From Penicillus capitatus (Eukaryota; Plantae; Chlorophyta): a stretch of 64,000 bases of DNA. Below the pieces are notes generated by a model. That model made no database searches. It worked only from the letters and a program-made list of their open reading frames with translations, and was not told where the DNA came from. The position numbers and the translations under genes were made by a program. Shown in pieces: positions 46,401 to 59,200 of the stretch. Location of the stretch: assembly GCA_965649825.1 (NCBI GenBank), contig OZ287694.1:124001-188000 (forward strand). The letters run 5' to 3'. Numbering within the stretch: position 1 is the first letter of the stretch; every line of letters starts with the position of its first letter.

Positions 46401-49400
46401 ATGTGCAGTTGCCGTTTTCGGGACACGGTTGGCATTGCTCAGATTCGGGGTCGAAATTGAACTCCGTTGCACTGCACGGAGAACACAGCTTGTCATCGGT
46501 CGATGTCGACTCGCCAATCAAGCACCGACGGACATTGACAATTAAGATGAGCTCCGGCAAATCCTCCTCCTTGAACTCGATCTTCACCGTGTAATTGCCG
46601 GGAGAATTGATCGTCGCAATGCCAGCTATGTCTGCTTCGCCGCTGTCAAGGGGCACATTGATGTTTCCTATGAAATAGCGTTCGGATGACAAGGTTGCCG
46701 CAACAGAGGTCTTCCATGCTCCGAAGGCTGGGCCCTGGCCAAAGGCATCGGTCACATTCAAGCGAATCACCGGAAGGGCATCGCCGCTCTTGTGGCCTTT
46801 GAGAAAGTGGAAGGTATCGTTGTGCCACGGTAGGAACGATCCAGTTCGGTTGTTCTCGATAAAGGGATGCACATGTCGTGCGTAGGATCCAACGAAGTCG
46901 CCAAAGTTCTTGGCAGTGTTGTTCCTCGCACCGCACAGTGCTCGTGGCGACGTGATCGGCTGCAAGGACGTGAATTGGCCTTTGCTGTACGGAGGCTTCC
47001 CAACGGCGGCCGAGCAGCTGTACCGAAAGGCCTTGGGATAGCTGGCGAAGATCGCCCCGCCAGCCGATGCTGTATTGCTGTTGAACGCGTTCTCGACAAG
47101 GGCGACGAATGTGCAGTTCGCCGCATGATCTTCGCAGTTTCTGTTGGCCTTCTGGCTCAACAAATGCATCGCCCCTAATGTTCAACGCCTCACGCGTCTC
47201 ACACGACCACCAACGGTACTCACCTCCAAGGAGTGCGCTGTTTCGGTGGAAGCGACAGCGGAAGAATTGGTATGCCCGTCCCCGAGGCTCCGCCGCCAGT
47301 ATGGACACCGCGCCGCCGTCGCTGCCTGCTCGGTTCTCATCAAATCGACAGGCCGAGCATCGAACTGCCGAATCCCGTTCGGCGAAGAAGCCACCTCCTG
47401 AATGAGCATGGCAGGCGTACACGATCAGCTGCTCAGCCGTCAGCTTCGAGGATTTGATAAAGACACCGCCGCCCCTTCTCGACGCACACGATGTCAGGAC
47501 CACTTGATTAAGCATGGCATTGCTGCCCCGATCGAGATGTATGCATCCTCCAGCTGAAACGGCTGACCCATTGAGGAAATCCGAAGCTTCGATGGCCAGC
47601 GTGGCGTTCTTCGCAGCAATGGATCCGCCCTTCGTCGCAACATCCTTTTCAAATCTGCTTGCCTTGATCTCGGCTTGTGCCATCTGCATATAGAGCGCTG
47701 CACCCTCCGTCGCTCTGTTTGTTCGAAAAACGACCCCGTCCAAACGAACGTCGCCCACCTCGCGGAGATAGATGCCTCCACCACCTACGGTATCGGAGAT
47801 GTTATCCGTTACGGAGGAGACATTGAGACGCAGGACGCAGTTGTGCTGGGCAAAGATCCCTGCACCGGACTGCCTTGCTCTGTTTTTCGCGACGATTAAG
47901 CCAGAGCCAATAACCCTCGCTTTCGTGCTGCACCGAATCCCAGCGCCCGTCAGATTTGCTGAATTGGAGCGAAACTGCATGTGCTCGAGAACGGCGACGG
48001 ATTCTCTGTCGATAAACATCCCGCCGCCGTTCTTCTCTGCGTGCGACTTCTCGACAAACGTCTCCTTTGCGGAGACTCTGGAACTCTCCGTCACATGCAA
48101 CGCGCCTCCAAAATCGCCCGAATTGCCACGGAGTCTGGATGACGACAGGACGAGACGGCTGTGCTTTGTGACATGGATGCCGCCGCCGCTCAAGTCGCCA
48201 TGGTTGTCTTTGATCGTCACCTTATGCGCGTGCATCTCCGAGGCGCTGTCCAGCATTACAGCTCCGCCATTTTGCTTCGCCACGTTGTTTATCAATATTG
48301 TCTTTGAGATTCTCACGATGCTCTCTTCGGCCGCCAACACGCCGCCGCCATGGCTTTGGTTCGCACGATTGTGTGAGAAGTGCGATGATATGACGTTCAA
48401 TGACGACTGGAAGGCGACGCGCAGAGCGCCGCCCTTCTGCGCGACGTTTCCTAGAAAAGCACAGTCCACGACACGACCTGACGACTTGGAAGCAAACAAC
48501 GCCCCTCCATCACTCGCATCTCCATCCGAGAACGTCGTGTTCTCCATCCAAAAATCCCCCACCCCGCTCAGGTACACCGCACCGCCGCCATCTCGCGCCG
48601 CATTCTTCTCAAAGATCGCCCCCGACATGCGCACAGCGGAATCCTCGGCGTGGACTGCGCCGCCGAATTTATCTGCGAAGTTGTCAAGGTATATCGAGGC
48701 GTCGAGATTGAGCCTGCTTCCGATCGCGAAGATCGCACCGCCAGCGTTGCGCACGTTCCCGGAGACTTCATTCCCGACAAACTGGCATCGCTCGACATCC
48801 AAGGCGCCGTGATCGACGAAGATCGCTCCGCCTTTCTTGCCACGGTTCTCTTCGAACACCGAATCGGATACCCTCGTGAACGGCGCGAATGCCGCATAAA
48901 GAGCGCCGCCGGATGAATTCGTCCCAGATGCGTTCCGGCGAAACCTGCAGCGAGTCAACGTCGTTTCCGTCTTCTGCTTGAGCAGCAGCACCGTCCTGCC
49001 TCGATTCTCCTCGAACACCGACGCCGATAGCTGCAGCGTGGCACCCTCCGCCTTGATCACCGTCACATCATTGTTCCGTACGTCACACCGCGTCGCCTGC
49101 GTTGCCGACCCAGGCGGCAGCGACAGCAGCGAAGCGCTGTGACCCTCCAACTGCGCATCGGCGTTTCGATGCATCTCAACGCCTCGCAAAACGTTGTTCG
49201 CAGAGAGACGGCCGAAGCAGGCATGCGAGCAGACATTGTCAACGAAGGCAACGTCCGTCATCTCGAGAGTGCGGCATGACGGACTGCGAACGTGTACGGC
49301 GGAGGCATCTTCCAGTCGATTGCGGCGGAAGGTCACGTTGTGCAGCGCGACGCTGCCCTCGGACGAAGCCGAAAGGCACTGGTCGACCTCCACGATGTGT

Positions 49401-50063
49401 CGGCCGGACGACGGGAAGCATCTCTCGAAGGCGACATTCTCGAACACGACGCCGCCCGATCTGCACAGCGCCACCGGAGGTCCGTCAGGTGGTTCGGCGA
49501 AAGAGAGCTAGCTGACCGCACGAAGAGGGCGCCGTCGTCGGTCGGGCATGTGAAGGTGGTGCGTTCGTTCGCGTCGCCGAATGTGAGCGGCCAGGAGATG
49601 GCGACGGGACGGATGGGACGGACGGTGGTCACGGTGCGGAAGCGTACGACGTCACCCGGGGCGGTGCAGTTGACGACGCTTTGCAGGTCGCCGTCGACGC
49701 GGTCGAGAAAATCGCGGCTCAGGATCCACGTGCGGCCATCCTCTTGCAAAATCTCCCGTCGCTGGGACGCAGAGAGCCCGCACTCGGCGAATCCTGGAAA
49801 AATCTGCCTCAGAGACCGACCGACCGATCCGCCTTCCCTTACCGTCGTCGCCTCGCTGAAGAAGACGGCGTCCTTCGGCATCGGTCTGGAAAAACGCAGT
49901 CCATCGCGCCGAGGAGAACGTACGGCGAGACCTTTGGGTCGACGGTTATGCCATGTCGGTGAAGTCGCGTGCGGTCGGGACTGGCGTGGATCCGGAACAG
50001 GCCAAGGAGACAGAGACAGAGCAGCGCACGTGGCGGCGCGGACTTGAGCGCTCGGGAGACCAT
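44585..50063 (-). CDS. Receptor paralogue D: beta-helix, Ig-like, Cys-rich, multi-TM; intact
   Basis: Signal peptide, GRRLLQ, cap WILSRDFLDRVDGDLQSVVNC, GGA/FxxN repeats, SGDALP...DAFGQGP, GYKGPLCGSC, YWAVDTSVECY, GFLYRAY...FWES. The model needs one GC-AG intron at 46152-46203. Confidence 0.88.
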
Positions 50064-50472
50064 GTCGCGTTTGGCACAGGGAATAGTGCTCGAAGACGGA
50101 TAACCTATTTATACACCTGTCTGCCGAAAGAGGCCTCATTCCGTCCAGGTGCACTTCGCGGCGAAGTTCTGGAAAAAATTCTGGCAGCGCGTTGCGAAGA
50201 GGTACCGGAGAAATGATGTAGCAATGGACGAAAGTGTGGACGGGAATGATGCCGCGGCACGATCACATCGTCCACAGCCTCGAGATGTCGATCCGAACGT
50301 GGCGCAGTGGCCGGCGTCCGGTCATAAGTTAAAGGACCTTATCTTTACAATGGCATCTTGTTCGAGATCGACCCCACGTGCTCGACGACGCGAAAACGCC
50401 GTGAGCTGTTTGAATACCTAACACCCATGCAATGGAATGAAACCCCGGTCTTGAGATTTGATGAAAAGAGAG

Positions 50473-53400
50473 CTAAACGATCGTGCTCTGAGCGTTCGAC
50501 GATCTTTTCTGCTGATCGTTTTGATCGGCAAGGATAGCCAAGAGATGATTCGCGTGGAATGCCGCGTAGCGAAAGAGAATGTGCGTGCGCCCACGGGCGT
50601 CGAGATCTTCCACGCCGGCCGCTTTGAGAACGATACGAGCGTAGGCCGCAAAGGTCGTGGCCCATTCGCGGAGAAAGATACACAGCAGGCCGCAGATCGT
50701 GGCAAACAGGATGAAGCCAAGGGCCCAACGGCCGCCGTTTGAGAGGCCTTCATCGTTCAGAAGCAGACCGCAGGCAAAAATGAACTGACCGATCATCAAC
50801 GAAGCGCCCTCGAGTGCATTCAGCCGATCGAACTCGGATCTGAAGGGACGGAAGTAGAAGTGCAGAAAGAGGGCCGCCGTCAGGATGCAGACGGCCAGTA
50901 TCCCCTGAACGTTTCCGCCGAGGGAATAGGCGAAGCTTGCGACGATGACGAGGAGAGCCTTTCGCAGCGCCACGAGGGATTCCCAGAAAACGAGCTCCTG
51001 GCGATAGGCACCGTACAGGAATCCACTGGCTTCGCGCATCCAGCTGTTCGATTCACGATCCTCCGGTTTGGTGTGGATCAGAGCGAGTGCCATGGTCATT
51101 GGAAAACCCATGGAGAAAAGAGTGACCAGTGGCCACCCAAGAGTCCCAGCTACGGTTGCGTGGGATCCTTCATAGCATTCTATGGACGTATCTACGGACC
51201 AATAGATCGAATCATCTTGCAAAATAGAGGAGGGATCCGTCGAGTCTGTACAGGATCCCTGGACACGAATGCACGACAGAATACCAACTGCCGTTTTGGT
51301 TGTGGATTGGTAGGAGACGTAGGAGACGACCAGGAAGCTGAGGAGAAGTCGCTTGGTGAAGTAGCTCCACGTCTCTGCCAGGTTGAGCGTGGCGCACGCC
51401 CAGAAAACAATGAAGAAGGAAGAGATGATCAGAGGGATAGCGATGAGCAGCGCTGTCCGGAGGATGGAACGGGCAACGCCCACATCTGCCGGCAGCAAAC
51501 AGTCGATGGAAAAACCGACGCTGCTCAGCGCGGCACCTCCCATGAAATCTGCAGAGACGGAGGGGGTCGGTCGGATGGCGGTTGCATCGTGGCTTACCGG
51601 AGACGCCAAAGAGCGTGAGCAATGCGGACGTCCAGTCTACGTTGATCGAAAAGGCGACGGCAACGACTTGCAAAAAGTTCAGCGTCATCTGCCAGCGCAG
51701 ACCGGATGCAGGTGCATCGAAAGGGCCACAGAGATCACGTACTTTAAATACCTCGATCAGGTGTTGGTTGAGGGCTTGAGTATTACATTCTGGGTCAGGT
51801 GCTGGGTCGTGGACATCGTTATTGGGGGCGCCGTCAAGAGACGGGCACTCCAGATCCTCCCTAAAGCGCAGAACCTCCTCCGGTCTGTTTCCGTGCCTTC
51901 CGGCGCGTGCCTGTCCGTTTGAGCGTCGCCGGAGGTCCGTCCGATAGCGAGGCGTTGAGAGCGGTGCACGCCGATGGGCTTGGCGATGGCGATACCGCCT
52001 CGTATGGCAACGCTCGAGAGAAGGAGAAGCAGCAGGACGGAGAGCAGGCACAGCAGGACGTTGCCATAGCGACTGTCGCATTCGGCACACTCCACGGACG
52101 GAGAGCGCCCGTAGTCGTCGGAACAGGATCCACACAGAGGGCCTTCGTATCCCTAACAGCCACGTCACATCAAATCCGGATGCCAGAAATCGAGGAGGCA
52201 CGCACCTCCTTGCACAGGGCGGCGCTGTAGTCGTCGATGAGGTCCTGATTGGCGCACTCGCAGGACATCACATCATCAGTCACCTCCGCCAGACGCTGTT
52301 TGCGATCGGCGTAGGTGCAGGCTTCTTCGGTCAGGCACTGGTGGATGCTTTCCGAACAGGGATGGCTGTGCCAGTAACCGTCGACGGGATGCAGAACATT
52401 CCCCTGCGAGCAGTCGCCGTGTTCAGGACACGACTGGCATGGCTGTTCGGGATTGAAGTTGCACTGCGTTGCGGTGCACGGCTGACAGTACGTCCCGTCC
52501 ATCGTCGTCATTTCGCCCAGCGAGCAGGGACGCACGTGGACGTTCAGTATGCGATCAAAGTCGTCGCTGTCGCTGAACCTGAGGAGCACTTCGTAGTATG
52601 CAGGCATCTGCAGCACCGCAATGCCATCGATGCTCGCCGAGCCATCCGTCACCGGAACGTGGAGCGTGCCGTTCATGAAGCCGTTGGCGGAGGAGATAAT
52701 GAGTTGGGGGTCGTCCTTGACGCCGAAGACTGGGCCCTGTTCAAACTCGTCGATCACTTCGACGGCCATTTTTGGCAACGGATCGCCGCTTCGGTGTCCC
52801 TCCAGATACCAGTAGCGCTCATGCCAGACCTCCAGCTCGCCGGTCGTGCTGTTCTCGATGTAGTACCTATTGGTCGTGTGGGCCGAGGCGATGAAGGGAC
52901 CGAAAGTGAGGGCGTCGTTGCCACGCCAGTTGCTGCACACGTCTTCGGCGGAGGAGATGACACGGGTGACCGGTTCCGCATTCGAGGAGGCGTTGGACTG
53001 GCGTTCTTCGCAGCTGAAGCGCACGCCGCGTTCGGAGGCTTTGTAGATCGCGCCGCCGGCCGTCTGGGCGTAGTTGTTCACAAACCGCGTGGCTTCCAAA
53101 TCGATCAGCGCGCAGTTCTCTGCGGAGTCGAAGCACTGGCCTCCAGGTACGGTGTCTTCGTAGCGGATGGCGCCTAGAGACAGAAAGCGTCGTGTGATGT
53201 GACGTCTGGCGTTGCGCACCTCCTTCGCTGCTGGTGTTGTTCTGGAAGAGGCAGCGGCTGAACTTGTAGGGTATCCTCGACGACGTCGGCGCGGCCAGAG
53301 ACATCGCTCCGGCACCTCGATTGGCTCTGTTGTCTTCAAACTGACACTCCGTGCAGCGGATGGTCGAGTTGACGGCCACAACGGCGCCGCCATACTTCAG

Positions 53401-56065
53401 AGCCATGCACTCCTGCATGCGAAGACCTTCGGCGATCAGATCGGATTCCATGAGGAGAATGCCGCCGCTGCCGTCGCCCCTGAGTGCTGACCCGGAGACG
53501 ACGCTCGTGTTACCGATGCTCAGATGCGTCTTGGCGCGGACGTCGAACGACGCGCCGTTCGTCTCCGTCGCATCCCCTCGGAACTCCGATCCGTTCACGG
53601 ACAGGTCACTCCCTCTGGCAGCCACCGAGGCGCCGCCAGCGACGGCCGTGTTGTCGGCGAAGCGACTGGAGAGGACGGTGGCGCTCGACACTTTGACCCA
53701 AAGCGCCCCTCCCCTGGTCGCATTGTTCTCCAAGAACGTCGTGTCGCGAACTGTCGCCGTCGCCTGTTGCGTCAGAGCAATGCCTCCGCCTGATCTTGTC
53801 GCTTCATTCTCGACCACGGTCGATCCGTTGATCTCCAGATGGCAGCTGTCAGTGGCGAAGATCCCACCACCGGATCGTCTCGCTGTGCTGCGACTGAATG
53901 TCACATCACGGCCGACCACGATCGCCTTTCCGCCGCAAGAGATGCCACCGCCTGAAGCGCCGGCGCGCGTGCGGATGAAACGGACGCTGTGTATGGACAG
54001 AGAGGCGTCGCGAAGGAAGAGGCCACCTCCGGAGCCGGCACTGCGGCACTCTTCCACGCGCGAGTCTCGCATGTCGACGCTGGCGTCTTGCGATGCGTAC
54101 ACGGCTGACCCGTGCCGACCGGAATTGGCCAGAAACGCACTGCCGGCCGCCTCCATACGCGAATGATTCGTGACGAGGATTCCAGCGCCGTCCTCCTCGC
54201 AGCTGCCGCGCTCCAACGTCGTGTTCTGCAGCGCCACTGATGCCTCTGACAGGTACACGGCTCCGCCTGACGTCGCCACGTTTTCGTCGAAGCCGACGAA
54301 GTAGAGCAGCGCTTGGCAAGGGGCGACGGACTGCTCGGTGTTGTCCTGGAGTGGAGACGCGTTAGACGCGGGCGGTGAGATGGAGGCGCAGGACGGAAGG
54401 GCGTCTTCAAAAGCGTCGACCGTGTGCTCCAGCATTCTGCACTGCAGGCAGCGCTCTTCGGCGTTCTGCACCATCACGGCGCCGCCACTCACTGCTCGGT
54501 TTCTCGAAAACGTCGTTTCTTCGATGCGGAAGGCGCTGCCGTTGGTTATGCTGAGTGCGCCGCCTGCGCTCGCCGCGCTGTTGCCTTCGAATCGGCACCG
54601 GATCAGTTCCACGTTACTGTGATCCAGAGCCATTGCTCCGCCAACCGTCGCGTTGTTCTCGGCAAAGTAGCTGTCTTCAATTCGGAGCGACGCGGTCGAC
54701 GTCGACCGCAGAACGGAGCCGGACTGCCCGATGGCACGGTTGCGCTGGAAGGTGCTGTTGGCGATGGTCACATCAACGGCCTTCTCCAGCACGATGACGG
54801 AACGCCCGTGATTCTCCGAGAACGTCGACAGACTGAGCTTCAGAACGGCTTCGTCCGCGTGCACTGCCGTACCGTCGTTGTCGCGGACCTGCATCTCGAC
54901 GGCCGTCGTCTCCGAGGCAGGCGGCAGCGACAGCAAGGCAAAGCCTGATGTGGCGGATTCGGTGTCCCCTTCCGCCGATATCTCTGCATTCCGTGTCACG
55001 GTCAAGCGTTGCAGCGTATTGTGCAGAGAGAGACGGGCGAAGCAGACACCCGAGCAGTTGTTGGCCACGAAGGCGACGTCGGTCATCTCAACCGAGGCGC
55101 AGGACGGCTGTGTGACCACCAAGGCGGCGGCGCCATTCAACTGATTCTGGCGAAAAGTGACGTGACGTAGACGGACGGCATCGACGAGGTCATTCGATGC
55201 ACATGGCTCGATTTCGATGATACCAGCCTGCTGCTCGGCATCGGGCTGGCAGTCCACGAAGGTGATGTTTTCGAAGACGACGACGCCTGCAGATCTGCAA
55301 AGGTCACATCGCTGCCGTTACATCCAAAGAGACGTCAGTCGATCGCACCGTAGGAGAAATGCCCCTTCGTTCGGGGGACATCGAAAACGCGTTCGGCCGG
55401 TATGACCGTCGTCCATGAAGGTGCCCAGTGTGACGCCTCGCTGGATTTGGATTCTGTGGATGAGCTGAACGGGACGATCGAGCCGGAACCGCACGCTGTC
55501 GCCCTGCTGGATGCAGTCCATCACCCTCTGCACATCGCCGTCGACGCTGTCCAGCGCCGCCTGATCCACCAGCCACATACGCTGTGGCGCGTTTAGGATG
55601 TCCTCCACGAGATCCGGAGACAGAAGACAGGCACCATCTGCCGCACATCTCATAAACGCATGTCGCGTGAGATGACGACCTACCGCGGAAGTCGGTCTGC
55701 AATACGCTTCGGGACGTCAGAGAGGCCTGGCGAGATGCAAAGGGCGGAGAAAACAAAGGGCCGAAATCCGCCGAAGCTTGAGCAGGTGCCAACCATCTTG
55801 CATTTTCTTTCGACGGGCCTATTGCGCAGTCGGATGATGAGCTCCGTGGGTCGCAAGGGGGGTCGGGCAGACGTGAGGGATAGAGTAAGGGCGTCGATGT
55901 CGTCGTCCGAGTGTCCGAGGCCGAACGCGGCGTAACACGTGCCGCGTCAAGTCGCGTCGTCGTCGCCTGAACGTCGACGACCTCTGCGCGGTGTTGCGCC
56001 AAACAGGCCGAGACGAGACAGCAGAAGACGATGACTCCTGCACAGGAGAGACCAGTTTCAGGCAT
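50473..56065 (-). CDS. Receptor paralogue E; intact if a private 59-nt intron (51911-51969) is spliced
   Basis: Same architecture and shared intron positions: RSVLQ, cap WLVDQAALDSVDGDVQRVMDC, SGDPLP...DEFEQGP, GYEGPLCGSC, GFLYGAY...FWES. Confidence 0.85.
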
Positions 56066-56298
56066 CTTCGGTCGAACAACGCGGTATGGAAACGATCGAT
56101 GACATCAGCGCGCGCGTAGGTAGGTTAACACCTGTGCATTCCACCTCACGTCTTTAATGACATCATGCTTAGCGTTCGACACCGACTCGACAAAGAAAAG
56201 ACAATGAAGTCAGCGAACGCCAAGGCGGTTAAAGCAACACGATCGGAAAACAGAAACTGCGTTGAAAAGGCGAGAGCGAAAGCGAAGGGGAGATGGCG

Positions 56299-59200
56299 TC
56301 AGGGGCGTGACTGAGGAGTGGTGCGCGATTGCGTATGAGGTCCCGTTGGAAAGAGGAGGGCGCTGCATTGAGCACAGCCTTCTTTAAGACGCATGATGGC
56401 GTATTCGAAAAGCAGTTGCAGCGAGCCCCACGATTCCGGAACATCGACACCGGCCGATTGGAGACTGGCACGGGAGTAGCGACCTGCGGTGATCATCATT
56501 TTGAAAAAGAAAAAGAGTGAGAGGCCAACGATGACGGAGGTCAGGAAAAGAGTGAGAAGGATACGGAGAACATGTCCAATGCGGCCGTGATGGAAAAGCA
56601 GGCCCGCGGCAAAGGTCAGCTGACAGACGACCAACGCGGCCGTCTCGTCGTTGTTCAGCGGGTCAAAGTCCGAACGGAAGGGGCGGAAGACGGTGTGCAG
56701 GTAGAGGGACAGGGTCAAGACGCAAACGGCGAGGATGGATTGGACGTTGCTGTCGAGGACGAATCCGGCAGCGACGATGACGGCGAGGAGGGATTTCCGA
56801 ATCATGACGAGGGACTCCCAGAACACCAGCTCCTCCTTGTATGCCCGGTAGAGGAATCCAGTGGCGTCGGAGAGCCAGATGTCGCCGGAGGGCGTCCTGC
56901 TCGTCAAGAAGAGGGCTAGGATGGCCGGGAAGCCTAAGGAGAAGAGGAGCAGGACGGGAATGCCGAGCGTGCCAACGAGCACCGCGTGGGCGCCTTCGTA
57001 GCAGCGCACGGATGTGTCCATCATCCAGTAACGGACCGTGGACTCGGCGTCGGCACAGGCTTCGTGCACTTCGACGCAGAACAAGGTGTTGGCCGCTGTC
57101 TTGGTGATGGCGACGTAGGCGATGTAGACAATGAGGAGATGGCTGAGCAGCAGACGCTTGGCGAAGTAGCGGCACGTTTCGGATGACTTGCACGTGGCGA
57201 TGATCCAGAAGACGGCGAAGAATGCCGCGACCATTGCCGGGATCGCCATGAGGAAGACGGTCCGCATGATGGAACGCGGCACGCTGGAGCTAGACGAGAG
57301 AAAACAGTCGATGGGCAGCGTGGCCCCCGCCGTCGCCGCCGATCCGAAGAAATCTACGAACAGGGAGGAACACATTCAGAGGGCCGGCGTCGAAGGCGGT
57401 CGGAGATGTCTGGCCTTACCGGCGGCGGAGAAGAGAGTGATCATCCATCGAGTCCAGTCGACGTTGATGGACACCGCGACGGCGATCACCTGGAGAAAAT
57501 TGACGGCGATCTGGACAGACACCGTCGCTGAATGCGTGGAGGCGGACGTCTCGATGCGGACCTTGAAGATCTCGACCATGCGTTGTTTGTGGAGCCGGGC
57601 CTGCGATCCAGCTCTTCTGCGGTCGCCGGCGTCGCTCGGTCCTGCTGCCCTTTCTCCGACCGGACGGCGCGTCAGCTGCACGTACCTGGTGGGAGGCTGT
57701 TCCTCGAGCTGGGACCTCGACATGCGACGACGGGATACGAAGGAAACGGCGTTCTCTGTCAGAGGAGAGGACGTCAGGTTGCTCCGAACGGCAAAGCTCG
57801 TGAGAAGCAGCAGCAGGAGGATGGACAAGACGTAGAGCACTATGCTGATGTGTGTGCCGTGGCATTCCGAGCACTCCAGCGATCGGGTGCGCCCGTACGT
57901 CGCATCACACGACCCGCAGAGCGCGTCCTTGTATCCCTGCAGTCAAGCAAGTCTCTCCGCATCCATACGTCACATCACTTGCCTCTCTGCACTGGGCGGC
58001 GCGGTACTGTGCCAGAAACGTCACGTCAAGTGCGCAGGAGTCGAGTCCCTGTGTGATCTCCGCCAGCTGCCCCTTGCGCTCCTCGAAATCGCAGGCTTCG
58101 CTGACGGGACATTCCTCGATGGTCTGCGAGCACGGGCAGCTGTGCCAGTAGCCAGGCCTCGGATGGATCGCCGTCTTGCTCGAGCAGTCTCCGCGATCCG
58201 GACACCGTCGGCACTTTCCTCTGGGGTCAAAACTGAACTGCGTTTCGCTGCAGATGGAGCAGAACGTCCCATCAGCCTCACTCGATTCCCCGAACGAACA
58301 GTCGCGAACGGCGACGACCATCTTGAGCGCAGGTATCGTCTCTTCGCTGAAGTCGATGCTGATGTTGTGCTGTCCGTGGTGGTGAAACCCAATCACGTCG
58401 TCGATGGTCGCCTCTCCCCCGTGCAGCGCCACACGAATGCTCCCGGCGAAGAACCGATCGTCCGATGACATGACGGCCGTGACGGTGGTCTCGTTGGCGC
58501 CCACCGCCGGTCCTTGGCCGAACCCATCCACAACAGTCAGTCGGATTCCGGGCAGAGCTTCGCCGCTGCGGTGATCTTCGACGTTAAGGCGTGTGCCGTT
58601 CCAGGGTTGGAAGGTGTCGGAACGGTTGTACCGCACGAAGGGACGTACGTCTCTGGCGTACGACGCGGCAAAGCTGCCGAAGGTCTCGGCGCTGTTGTCG
58701 TACCACTCGGGACAGGACGTTTGAAGGTTATCCAGTGTTCGCAGTCCGGATGCGGCCGCCTCTGCCCCCGAGCGGCTCTTCGGCACTCTCCCAGCGCAGC
58801 GGTATTTGACGGCCCTGGGGTGACTGACGAAGAAGGCGCCGCCGACGGCGGCGGCGTTCCGCGCAACTCGACTGCCGAAGAGAAACAAGCGCGTGCCGTC
58901 GGTGCCGGACGGCCGACCGTCGTCGTCCTCTCGATGCAGACGCACGAAGTAGAGCGCACCTCCTTGACGTCTCGCTCGGTTCTTCGTGAATCGGCTGTCG
59001 GTGAAGTTGTACGACAACCTGAGTGGATGCGTAGCATTGAGGGACACGCCGCCGCCCAGCAATCCAGCCGTGTTGCCTCCGAATGCGCAGGCAGAGCACG
59101 AGATGGCCGAGGCAAATCCGCCGTGCAATCCTCCGCCGCTCTCCGTCGCGTTGCACCTGGAGACGCGCAAGCTCTCTGCTGCCAGATAGGAGTGCGAGAG

